Part shown: positions 38,905 through 47,354 of the stretch, in pieces
How the letters are laid out: each line of letters begins with the position of its first letter
Numbering within the stretch: position 1 is the first letter of the stretch
Assembly: GCA_965203515.1 (NCBI GenBank)
Contig: OZ241907.1
Coordinates: forward strand, 2,880,001-2,944,000
Source of the DNA: Spirochaetia bacterium
GTDB lineage: Bacteria > Spirochaetota > Spirochaetia > SZUA-6 > Bin103
DNA: 64,000 bases
Direction of reading: 5' to 3'
Program-made: the position numbers and the translations under genes
The notes under the pieces: generated by a model
The model's input: only the letters and a program-made list of their open reading frames with translations
Databases searched by the model: none
Told to the model about the DNA's origin: nothing

Positions 38905-39764
38905 CGCCCGCCGCCGGCCCCGAGCTGCTGGCCGGCCTCCCGTTCGATACGTCGAATCTCCTGGGCGCCGTCATCCAGCGATCGCTGCGCGGCCGACGTC
39001 GTCTCCGCGAACCGCACCGCGAGCGGATCTGGCTCCGTCGCCGCGTCGGTCTTCACCGCCGGATCGATCGGCGCCTGCAGCGACTGCAGGCGCTGCCGCA
39101 GCGGACGGGTCACGAAGACCGACAGGCCGGCGCCCACCAGCACGAACCCGACCACGATCGCCGCGCACAGCACGGCGATCCGCAACGCCATGTCGCGCAC
39201 GTTCTCATCGAACTCGGTGCGTGAAAACCGCAACGCCAGCGATCCCACCGGTTGTCCAAGGCTGTTCTCCACGCGCAGGCCGACCACGTGAGCGTCCGGC
39301 GCCGGCCGCGACCACACCGGCGGGCCATCCTTCCACGCGACGGTCCAGTCCTCCGACACCAGGTCGCCGCGCAGGCTCTCGTCAGTGGCGTAGAGCACCG
39401 TACCGTCCTCGTCGAACATCTCGATCGACAGGATCTGCGGGTCCTGCGCAATCCTGGCCTGCATGTCGTCGCCGACGCGGGGCAACGCGTTGAGGGCCAG
39501 GCCGAGCGACAGCGACTCCTCGATGTTGTGACCGATGTCCTGCAGCACCAGCGCGCGCCGGTCGCGTAGCAGATCGCGCAGGTAATTGCGGTATTCGTAG
39601 TGGTTGAGCAGCCCCGTCAGGGAAACGGCGGAGGCCAGGATGAAGCAGATACTCGCCGCTACGCGCGGACGGAGGCTGAAGCGAACGGCCGGTGAGGGCG
39701 GTCGGCCCGCTACTGTCGTGCCTCGCATTGGCGATACGATGCGCGCCGCGCCGCGCCGTGTCAA
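38901..39764 (-). CDS. Two-TM membrane sensor-like protein without an output domain
   Basis: TM-periplasmic-TM, VTRPLRQRL HAMP-like start, short coiled tail; start may be ATG 39728. Confidence 0.75.
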   Translation of the reverse strand: MTRRGAARIVSPMRGTTVAGRPPSPAVRFSLRPRVAASICFILASAVSLTGLLNHYEYRNYLRDLLRDRRALVLQDIGHNIEESLSLGLALNALPRVGDDMQARIAQDPQILSIEMFDEDGTVLYATDESLRGDLVSEDWTVAWKDGPPVWSRPAPDAHVVGLRVENSLGQPVGSLALRFSRTEFDENVRDMALRIAVLCAAIVVGFVLVGAGLSVFVTRPLRQRLQSLQAPIDPAVKTDAATEPDPLAVRFAETTSAAQRSLDDGAQEIRRIEREAGQQLGAGGGR

Positions 39765-41161
39765 TCGAGGGTCGCGGGCCGGTCACCGGCCGCGATCCCC
39801 AGCGCGCCGGCGCGCTCCGCCTGCCACGCCTCCACCTGCGCGGCGGCGACGTCCTGACGGTGCCAGAGCGCCCAGTTCAGGCAGGCGATCAGGTCGCCGG
39901 GATGCTCGACCCCGATCCCCAGCCGGACCAGCCGGTCCACGCCGATGCGCCGCACCTCCTCTGCGGCGGTGAAGTACTCCGATACCGAGCGGTGATGGTT
40001 GAGCTTGGTGGCCAGGCCGTCGAAGCTGAGCGCGTAGCGCAGCACCCCGCAGGTCGCCAGCACGTCGCAGAAGTGGCGCGTCTGCGCTTCGTCAGCGCCG
40101 CGCAGCCGGAAGCTCACGATCGAGCCCGGCGCCGTGTAGTGGCGCTCGATCACCGCGGCGTCGGGATGGCCGGGGGCCGACGGATGGAACACCGCCTCCA
40201 CCAGCGGGTGCCCGGACAGGAACGCGGTCACCTCCCGCGCGGTGGCGCAGCGCCGCCGGAAGCGCGGTTCGGCCCGGTCCAGCCCGTCCAGGATCGCCGC
40301 GGCGCGGCGCCAGTCGACGATGCCGCCGCGCATCGCCTGCAGGTCCATCACGCCGTTGAGCAGGCGGACGTCGTCGGACGCCAGGTAGCCCCACATGTCC
40401 CGGTCCTGTCCGGCCAGCGCCTTGGTGCCGGACACCGCCACCACGTCGACGCCTTCCCAGCGCAACCCCGGCTCCGCCAATCCCCAGGGCGTGGCGATCG
40501 TGGTGTCGAGCGCCACCACCAGCCGCGCGGCGCCGGCGGCGCGCGCCTCGCCGGCCGCGCGCGCCAGCGCATGCGGATCGACCGCCCGCATCAGCGGGTT
40601 GGTATAGGTCTCCAGGAACAGCAGCCGCGTCGCCGGCCGCAGCGCGGCGGCCAGACCCGCGCGGCTCAGGTCGTCGACCAGGGTCAGCTCGCCGCCGAGC
40701 AGGGTGGTGAGCCGGCTCAGGTACGCCTTGCTCTTGTTGTAGACGCCGCGCGCGCACGCCACGTGGTCGCCCGGCTCCAGCACCGCGTCGAACAACAGGG
40801 CGCACGCCTGCATGCCGGTGTCGGTGAGCACCGCCGCCTGCGCCCGCTCCAGGTCCCGGACCCGCGCCAGCAGCCGCCGCGCCGGCGTGGTGCCGTACCG
40901 GCCGTAGATCTGCGGCATGTCCGACCAGCACGCGGAGCCCAGGAACATCAACTCCTGCTTGCGCTCCTGCCACCGGACCATCGGTCCGCTGCCGAGCAGG
41001 TCGAGCTGGATCGTCGCGCCGTCGGGATGCAGGTACGGCACGCCGGCGCGCCGGATCGCGGCGTCGATGCCCTCGTGCAGGCCGCGCGTGGCGGCGTCCA
41101 TCGCCGCCAGCCCGGGCCGATCCGGCGGCGTGCCGGCCGGATCGAGATAGGCGTCGATCAC
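39761..41161 (-). CDS. PLP-dependent Cys/Met metabolism (transsulfuration family) enzyme
   Basis: YGRYGT, TGMQA, FLETYTNP, DTTIATP, SGTKALAG (PLP Lys), LVRLGIGVEH. Confidence 0.88.
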   Translation of the reverse strand: MIDAYLDPAGTPPDRPGLAAMDAATRGLHEGIDAAIRRAGVPYLHPDGATIQLDLLGSGPMVRWQERKQELMFLGSACWSDMPQIYGRYGTTPARRLLARVRDLERAQAAVLTDTGMQACALLFDAVLEPGDHVACARGVYNKSKAYLSRLTTLLGGELTLVDDLSRAGLAAALRPATRLLFLETYTNPLMRAVDPHALARAAGEARAAGAARLVVALDTTIATPWGLAEPGLRWEGVDVVAVSGTKALAGQDRDMWGYLASDDVRLLNGVMDLQAMRGGIVDWRRAAAILDGLDRAEPRFRRRCATAREVTAFLSGHPLVEAVFHPSAPGHPDAAVIERHYTAPGSIVSFRLRGADEAQTRHFCDVLATCGVLRYALSFDGLATKLNHHRSVSEYFTAAEEVRRIGVDRLVRLGIGVEHPGDLIACLNWALWHRQDVAAAQVEAWQAERAGALGIAAGDRPATLD

Positions 41162-41168
41162 CGCCGGG

Positions 41169-41759
41169 TCAACCCGACGGCGTCACGAGGTCACATGCTT
41201 CCGGCGGCATCCAGTGCTCGGCCTGCCCCGCCCACTTGACGTTGCAGCCGATCGGGTTGGTCAGCTCGACCGGGACCGCTTCGCCGGCCAGCACCGCGTC
41301 GACCGCGTCGCGCAGCTCGCGCGTGCGCGCGTTGGCGGCATTGCGCGGGTCGTCGTCCATGCGGCCGGTGTAGCGCAGCCGCCGCTCCCCGTCGAACAGG
41401 AAGTAGTGGGGGGTGCGCAACGCGCCGTAGGCCAGCGCGACGCTCTGATCCTCATCGCGGGCGTACACGAACGGGAACCGCCGCTCGGCGGCGCGGGTGA
41501 CCATGTGGTCGAACGAGTCGTGGGGGTGGTTCTCGGTCTCGTTCGAGTTGATCGCGATCATGGCGACGCCGCGCGGCGCGTAGTCGGCGGCGAACGCCTT
41601 CATGCGCTCCTCGCTGCCGATCACGTACGGGCAGTGGTTGCACGAGAAGACGACCACCAACGCCGGGCCGGCGAAATCGGCCAGGGCACGGGTCGTGCCG
41701 TCGGTGGCGGGAAGCGAGAAGTCGGGCGCCCGGTCGCCGATCTGCAAGGTGAAAGCCAT
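41169..41759 (-). CDS. Thioredoxin family protein (AhpC/TSA-like)
   Basis: APDFSLP, CNHCPYV, GCNVKW. Confidence 0.9.
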   Translation of the reverse strand: MAFTLQIGDRAPDFSLPATDGTTRALADFAGPALVVVFSCNHCPYVIGSEERMKAFAADYAPRGVAMIAINSNETENHPHDSFDHMVTRAAERRFPFVYARDEDQSVALAYGALRTPHYFLFDGERRLRYTGRMDDDPRNAANARTRELRDAVDAVLAGEAVPVELTNPIGCNVKWAGQAEHWMPPEACDLVTPSG

Positions 41760-41898
41760 CGGTTCTCCTCCGTCAGGTGCGTCGCACGAGTATCCCCCGG
41801 CCCCGGCCCCGCATCAACCCACGGCGCCGCCGGCCCCCGTCACTCCCAGACCGGCACCGGCCGGCACGACGGCCACCTCGTCGATCCGGCTAGATCAC

Positions 41899-41959
41899 CC
41901 GACATCTCTGACGCCGGCGGGATCACCTGCTCCTCGCCTCCGACATCTCTGACGCCGGC
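41899..41959. repeat. 20-bp direct repeat at the 3' end of higA
   Basis: ccgacatctctgacgccggc at 41899-41918 and 41940-41959. Confidence 0.85.
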
Positions 41960-42228
41960 TGGACCTCGGCGATGAGCCGATGCCGATCTCCCGCCAGCTT
42001 GCGAAAGTCGCACTCCACCTGAATTCCGTGCCAAAACTGGTCCGACTGACCGAAGAATGCGCCAAAGCGAATCGACATGGCCGGCGTAATCGACCGCCGA
42101 CCAAGTATGATCTCATCGATCGCGCGCGGAACAACGCCTATCGATCGACTCATGGCGTTCGGCGAGATCCCCATCGGCTTGAGATATTCCTCCAGTAGAA
42201 TCTCGCCCGGCGTAACAGGACCGTTCAT
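41923..42228 (-). CDS. higA: HigA family antitoxin (orphan)
   Basis: [26 protein letters not shown]...FFG....FW..IQ. Confidence 0.9.
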   Translation of the reverse strand: MNGPVTPGEILLEEYLKPMGISPNAMSRSIGVVPRAIDEIILGRRSITPAMSIRFGAFFGQSDQFWHGIQVECDFRKLAGDRHRLIAEVQPASEMSEARSR

Positions 42229-42321
42229 TTCGCGGATACCACCTTACTTGACAAAAAGGATGCCATTGTTCCAAGTCAGGTCGTCAATGTCCTGACGGTG
42301 GCGGTGCCGCCGCCAGCAAGG

Positions 42322-43143
42322 CTACAGCAGGGCCAGGAAGCCGCCGTCCACGTAGAGCACGTGGCCGTTGACGAAGCTGGAGGCGTCGGAGGCCAGGAAC
42401 ACGGCCGGGCCGATCAGCTCGGCGGTATCGCCCCAGCGGCCGGCCGGCGTGCGCTCGCGCACCCAGGCGTCGAACGCCGGATCGTCCTTGAGCGGCTGCG
42501 TCATCTCCGTGGCGAAATAGCCGGGGCCGATGCCGTTGGCCTGTACGCCGTGCGGCCCCCACTCGACCGCCATCGCCCGCGTCAGGAGCTGCAGCCCGCC
42601 CTTGGCCGCCGCGTAGGCGGCGGTGCCGTGCCGCGCCCGTTCGCTCATCAGCGAGCAGGTGTTGATGATCTTGCCGCGGCCGCGCCCGACCATGCCGCGC
42701 GCCACGCGGCGGGCGACCAGGAACGGAGCGGTGAGGTCGGTGTCGATCACCTCCTGCCAGTCCGCGGGGTCCAGATCGACCATCGGCGCCCGGCGCGCCA
42801 TGCCGGCGTTGTTGACCAGTATGTCGATCGGCCCCAGCGTCCGCTCCACGGCGCCGATCGCCTGGTCGGCCGCGCGCGCGTCGCGGGTGTCGAAGGGGCA
42901 CGCGCCGGCCTCGATCCCGCCGGCGCGCAGCCGTTCGATCATCATCTCGACCCGATCGAGGCGGCGGCCGTTGATCAGGACGCAGGCGCCCGCTTCGCCC
43001 AGGCCGCGCGCCAACGCGGCGCCGATCCCGGAGGTCGAACCGGTGATCAGCGCGCGCCGGCCGTCGAGCCGAAAGCCGTTCGCGGTCACCGGTTCGTTCT
43101 CATTGGAGCCGTCCTCATGGAGCCGTCCTTCATGCGGCCGCAT
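42322..43143 (-). CDS. SDR family oxidoreductase, gluconate 5-dehydrogenase-like
   Basis: TGSTSGIG, NNAG, YAAAKGG, GPGYFATEM, YVDGG; true start probably near 43089. Confidence 0.88.
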   Translation of the reverse strand: MRPHEGRLHEDGSNENEPVTANGFRLDGRRALITGSTSGIGAALARGLGEAGACVLINGRRLDRVEMMIERLRAGGIEAGACPFDTRDARAADQAIGAVERTLGPIDILVNNAGMARRAPMVDLDPADWQEVIDTDLTAPFLVARRVARGMVGRGRGKIINTCSLMSERARHGTAAYAAAKGGLQLLTRAMAVEWGPHGVQANGIGPGYFATEMTQPLKDDPAFDAWVRERTPAGRWGDTAELIGPAVFLASDASSFVNGHVLYVDGGFLALL

Positions 43144-43196
43144 GGTAACGGCAAACGGCGCCCTTCGATATACCGTCCGGCTATACTCCCGGCGTC

Positions 43197-44084
43197 ATGA
43201 CCGCGCACACGCCGATCCATATGTTTGCGCGCTGCCGGCCGGCCGCAGCGCTGCTGAACGCCGCGCTGCTGGCCCTGGCGGCCGCCGGCGCCGGGGCCGA
43301 GGCCGGCCGGCCGCCCGTCTACGACGTCTCGGCAGCCGGCCTGCAGCGCTTCCAGGACGCGGACCTGCGGCAGATGACGCCGGCGACCGTCACGCGTCAC
43401 GTCGACGGGGACACCTTCGACGTCGCGATCGCCGACCCTCCGGCCGGGATGCGGACCGCCGAGACGATCCGCCTGCTCGGCATCGACACGCCCGAGCTGG
43501 GCGAGCCGCTGGGCGCCGAGGCGCAGGACTTCACGGCGCGCCGGGCCGGCGCGGGACCGGTGTACCTTGCGCTCGACTTCAGGCGGCGCGACCGGTTCGA
43601 CCGCCTGCTGGCCTTCGTCTACCTGCGCGACGGCACGCTGCTGAACGCCGAGTTGCTCCGCACCGGGCTGGCCGCCGTGTACCGCGCCGATGACCTGATG
43701 TACTTCTTCGCGCAGTTCGAGGACCTGGAGCGGGACGCCCGGCAGGAAGGGATCGGCCTGTGGGAGGGCCGGACCGCAGGCGTGATCATCGTCATCATCC
43801 GCAACGCCGGCCGCGCCGAGCACGTGGAGCTCCGCAATGACGGCGCCGCCCCGGTCGACATCTCCGGGTGGCGGATCGCGGACGACGACGGCGACATGGT
43901 GTCGATTCCCGATGAGACGATGCTGGCGCCGGCGAGCATGCTGGCGGTGGGCAGCGGCGCCGGCTGCGTGGAGACACCGCATCCCTGCCTGCACGTGTCC
44001 CCGAAGAACATCTGGAGCAACAGCGGCGACGACGCCGCGCTGTACGACCGCGGCGGGACCGCCGTTCACCACTACTCCTACTGA
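43197..44084 (+). CDS. Secreted thermonuclease (SNase) with C-terminal lamin-tail-like domain
   Basis: HVDGDTF, IRLLGIDTPE, DRFDRLLAFVY; C-terminal EHVELRN...VDISGW...IWSNSGD. Confidence 0.88.
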   Translation: MTAHTPIHMFARCRPAAALLNAALLALAAAGAGAEAGRPPVYDVSAAGLQRFQDADLRQMTPATVTRHVDGDTFDVAIADPPAGMRTAETIRLLGIDTPELGEPLGAEAQDFTARRAGAGPVYLALDFRRRDRFDRLLAFVYLRDGTLLNAELLRTGLAAVYRADDLMYFFAQFEDLERDARQEGIGLWEGRTAGVIIVIIRNAGRAEHVELRNDGAAPVDISGWRIADDDGDMVSIPDETMLAPASMLAVGSGAGCVETPHPCLHVSPKNIWSNSGDDAALYDRGGTAVHHYSY

Positions 44085-44128
44085 CCGGCTCCCGCCGTCC
44101 GACTCCCTGCCGACCGGCCGCCGGCCGA

Positions 44129-44157
44129 TTGACGATCCGGCGGAGCGGACCTACCAT
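44129..44157 (+). promoter_or_regulatory. Sigma70-type promoter of the MFS-HEAT/TPAT operon
   Basis: TTGACG-17 nt-TACCAT, 9 nt before GTG 44167. Confidence 0.6.
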
Positions 44158-44166
44158 CGACCGGTC

Positions 44167-46428
44167 GTGAGCAGCGCGGCCCCACCACCACAGCGCCGCG
44201 AACTGAGCCCGGCCCAACGGACCGCCGCGCAACGCATCTTCTACCTCTTCAACCTGTTCAACGTCTGCTCGTTTCAGTGTCTGTCCGGCAACCTGATCAC
44301 CCTCTACGGACTCCGCGTGGGGCTGGGCAGCGTGATGATCGGCCTGCTGCTGGCCTGCATCCCGCTGGCGCAATTCATGCCGATCGCCGGCCGGATATTC
44401 GTCAACCGCTTCGGCAACGTGCGGTCCATGGGCGTGTTCTGGATCGCCCGTTACGTCCTGGCGGCGCCGCTGCTGGCGGTGTCGCTGTTCGCCGGCGCCG
44501 GTCAGACGCGCGCCGCGGTGGTGTTGCTGTTCATCGGCGTGCTGGGCTTCAACCTGGCGCGCGGGCTCGGCATGACCGGCATGCAGCCGGTCATCGGCCA
44601 CCTGACCACGCCGGAGGACCGCGGCCTGTTCATGTCGCGGATGCAACTCGTCATCCACGGGGTGATCGTGGTGACCGGTCTGCTGATGGGCCTGATCCTG
44701 GATCGGGAATCGCCTCTGGTGGTGTTCACCATCATCCTCGCCGTCGGCGTGGTCACCGGCGTCATCTCCATCTTCTACGTGTTCCGCCTGCCGGAGCCGC
44801 CGCGCGAGCCGCGCGCCGCCCCGTTCCTGCCGGCGGCCGCCGCGGCGCTGCGGGACGCCACCGTGCGCCGCTTCCTGATCCTGGTCCTGGCGGTGTTCGC
44901 GGGTTCGTTCATGGTCACGCCGTTCTTCATCCTGTTTCTGCGGCAGGTCTACGACATGGGGGACGACGCGATCATGCTGATCACGGTGGTCGGCTCGTTC
45001 GGCGCCATCGTCATGGCCCTGCTCAGCGGCCTGATGACCGACCGGATCGGCGCGCAGCCACTGCTGGTCCTGTCGGCCTGCCTCATGGGCGCGGTGATGC
45101 TGCCGCTGGTGGTGGCGCCTCCCCTGCCCGCCCCGGCGGCGTGGGCGTACGGCGCGGCGGCGTTCTTTCTGTTCCTGCTGGGAACGAGCGGGATGCAGAG
45201 CGCCTCCACCGTCTACTTCCTGTCGATCTGCAAGGCCGAAGAGCGGCTCAACCTGGGCGTCCTGTACATGACCGCCACCGGGCTGGGCGGCGTGCTCGGC
45301 TCACTGGCCGGCGGCACGCTGCTCGACCTGCTGGGTCGCGCGCTCGGCGACACCGGCTCGTTCCGCGCCTTCTTCGCGGTGCTGACGGTGCTGTTCGCCC
45401 TCATCGCCGTCGGCATGAACGGGCTGCAGCGGCTGGGCGCCTATCGGGCGCGCGACGTGCTGTCGATCATGTTCTCCATCCGCGACCTGCGCGCGCTCGG
45501 TCTGCTCAATCGGCTGCAGCGGGTGCGCAGTCCGTTCGAGGAGCAGCAGCTCATCCAGGAGCTCGGATCGTCACGCTCCCGCGTTACCGCCCGCGACCTG
45601 ATGCGCAAGCTCTCCTCGCCCCGGTTCGCCGTACGCGCCGAGGCGCTCACCGCGCTCAGCACCGTGGAGACCCGCGAGGACCTGGCGCCGGCGCTGATCG
45701 CGGAGTTGCGCGATCACGACTTCACCACCGCGTACCTCGCCGCCGAGCTGGCCGGCCAGAAGGGGATCACGGAGGCGATCCCCGCCCTGCGGGAGAGCCT
45801 CGGCTCCGCCGATTTCTTCCTCGCCGGCAAGGCGATGGTGGCCCTGGCGCGGCTCGGTGACCGGTCGAGTCTGCCGCGCATCGAGCGGCTCCTGGCCGAC
45901 ACCGACAATCCACGTCTGATCATACACGCCGCCACCGCCCTGGAGCTGTTCGACAGCCCCACGTCGATCCCGGTGCTGATGGCCAAGCTCGACCGCCGGT
46001 TCTCGCCCTACGTGCGCGACGAGCTGATCCTGGCGATCGCGGCGATCCTGGGCGCCGCCGGCTTCCTGTATCCCCATTATCGGCACTTCATGGACTCCGC
46101 CCCCGCCGGCGTGCAGAGCCTGCGCGACGCGTTGGCGATGCCGCGGCGCCCGCCGCCGCTGCGCGAACGGGTGGAGAAGCTGCTGGACCTGACGATCAAG
46201 GACCGCGCGCGCTTCGCCCGGGCCGCCCGTCCGCTGTTGGCCGATGCGGCGCTCGCCGATGCGGGGGCCGGCATTGCGGCGTCCGGCACGCGGGCGGCCG
46301 AGCACCTGGCGGCCGGACTGGCCGACCGGGAGCTGCTGCGCCTGGACCGCTTCCGCTTCCTGGTGGCAGCGCTCATCACCTGGGCGGCGATCCGCGCGCC
46401 GGCCGACGCGCCGGCGGCGTCCGCGTGA
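44167..46428 (+). CDS. MFS transporter fused to a C-terminal HEAT-repeat domain
   Basis: About 12 TMs (GLMTDRIG), then HEAT-like helical repeats (VRAEALTAL, EAIPALRESL, AMVALARLGD). Confidence 0.85.
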   Translation: MSSAAPPPQRRELSPAQRTAAQRIFYLFNLFNVCSFQCLSGNLITLYGLRVGLGSVMIGLLLACIPLAQFMPIAGRIFVNRFGNVRSMGVFWIARYVLAAPLLAVSLFAGAGQTRAAVVLLFIGVLGFNLARGLGMTGMQPVIGHLTTPEDRGLFMSRMQLVIHGVIVVTGLLMGLILDRESPLVVFTIILAVGVVTGVISIFYVFRLPEPPREPRAAPFLPAAAAALRDATVRRFLILVLAVFAGSFMVTPFFILFLRQVYDMGDDAIMLITVVGSFGAIVMALLSGLMTDRIGAQPLLVLSACLMGAVMLPLVVAPPLPAPAAWAYGAAAFFLFLLGTSGMQSASTVYFLSICKAEERLNLGVLYMTATGLGGVLGSLAGGTLLDLLGRALGDTGSFRAFFAVLTVLFALIAVGMNGLQRLGAYRARDVLSIMFSIRDLRALGLLNRLQRVRSPFEEQQLIQELGSSRSRVTARDLMRKLSSPRFAVRAEALTALSTVETREDLAPALIAELRDHDFTTAYLAAELAGQKGITEAIPALRESLGSADFFLAGKAMVALARLGDRSSLPRIERLLADTDNPRLIIHAATALELFDSPTSIPVLMAKLDRRFSPYVRDELILAIAAILGAAGFLYPHYRHFMDSAPAGVQSLRDALAMPRRPPPLRERVEKLLDLTIKDRARFARAARPLLADAALADAGAGIAASGTRAAEHLAAGLADRELLRLDRFRFLVAALITWAAIRAPADAPAASA

Positions 46429-47354
46429 CGGCGAACCTGCTGCGAGCAGCGCTGCCGGCCGCCGCGGCGGTCGCGCTGGCGGCGTGCGCGACCGGCCTGA
46501 CCATGGCCGGCTCGACTGGCGTCCTGGGAGACAGCGCCGCGCATCCGTTCGCCACCGAGGAGGACCCGGAGCTCGCCGCCGCCGCGCTGCCGGCGTTGAT
46601 CAAGCTGTCCGAAGCGCGGGTCCGGCACGTTCCGTCGGACCCGCAGGCGCGCCTGGACGCCGGCCGGTCGCTGATCGCCTATGCCGGCTCGTTCGTACAG
46701 GGGCCCGCCGAGCTGCTCCCCGCCGGTGCATACGATCGACGCGCGGCCGCCCTGCCGCGCGCCAAGCGGCTGCATCTGCGCGGCCTGGACTACGTGCTGT
46801 CCGGGCTGGAGCTGCGCCGTCCCGGGACCCTGGCGTCGGTGGCGACCGGCCGCCCGGCGCCGCTGCTGAACATCATCGGGGACGCGGACATCGACTTCGC
46901 GTTCTGGGTCGCGGCGGGTCTGCTGGGCGCCCTGGCCGCCGACCGCGATGACGTCGACCTGATGGTCCGCGCGCCGATCGCCGGCGCGTTGCTCAGGCAG
47001 GTGCTGAAATGGGACGACGAGTACGGCGGCGGCCTCGCGCACGAGGCGATGATTCTCTTTCTGGGCGGGCTGCCGGAGGCGGTCGGCGGCGATCCGGTCG
47101 GCGCGCGGCAGCACTTCCTGCACGCGATGGAGGTGAGCGGCGGCGCCTCGGCCACCGCCTACGTCAACCTGGCGGCCACGGTCGCCGTGGCGGAACAGGA
47201 CGCCGACCTGTTCCGCCGGCTGCTGGATGGGGCGCTGGCGATCGACGTAGACGCGGACCCGTCGCGCCGGCTGCAGAACATCCTGGCGCAGCGGCGCGCC
47301 CGCCACCTCCTCGATCGCGCTGACGATCTCTTCCTGAACGCGAGCTCGATATGA
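46425..47354 (+). CDS. tatT: TRAP/TPAT transporter TatT component (lipoprotein)
   Basis: Lipobox LAAC, EEDPELAAAALP, RAKRLHLRG, GGDPVGARQHF, N.LAQRRA; adjacent to TRAP genes. Confidence 0.85.
   Translation: MTANLLRAALPAAAAVALAACATGLTMAGSTGVLGDSAAHPFATEEDPELAAAALPALIKLSEARVRHVPSDPQARLDAGRSLIAYAGSFVQGPAELLPAGAYDRRAAALPRAKRLHLRGLDYVLSGLELRRPGTLASVATGRPAPLLNIIGDADIDFAFWVAAGLLGALAADRDDVDLMVRAPIAGALLRQVLKWDDEYGGGLAHEAMILFLGGLPEAVGGDPVGARQHFLHAMEVSGGASATAYVNLAATVAVAEQDADLFRRLLDGALAIDVDADPSRRLQNILAQRRARHLLDRADDLFLNASSI

Noticed and set aside
42229..42321. Possible higB toxin remnant upstream of higA
   Set aside because: The short frames there (for example WNNGILFVK*) show no RelE/HigB-like motif that I can support.
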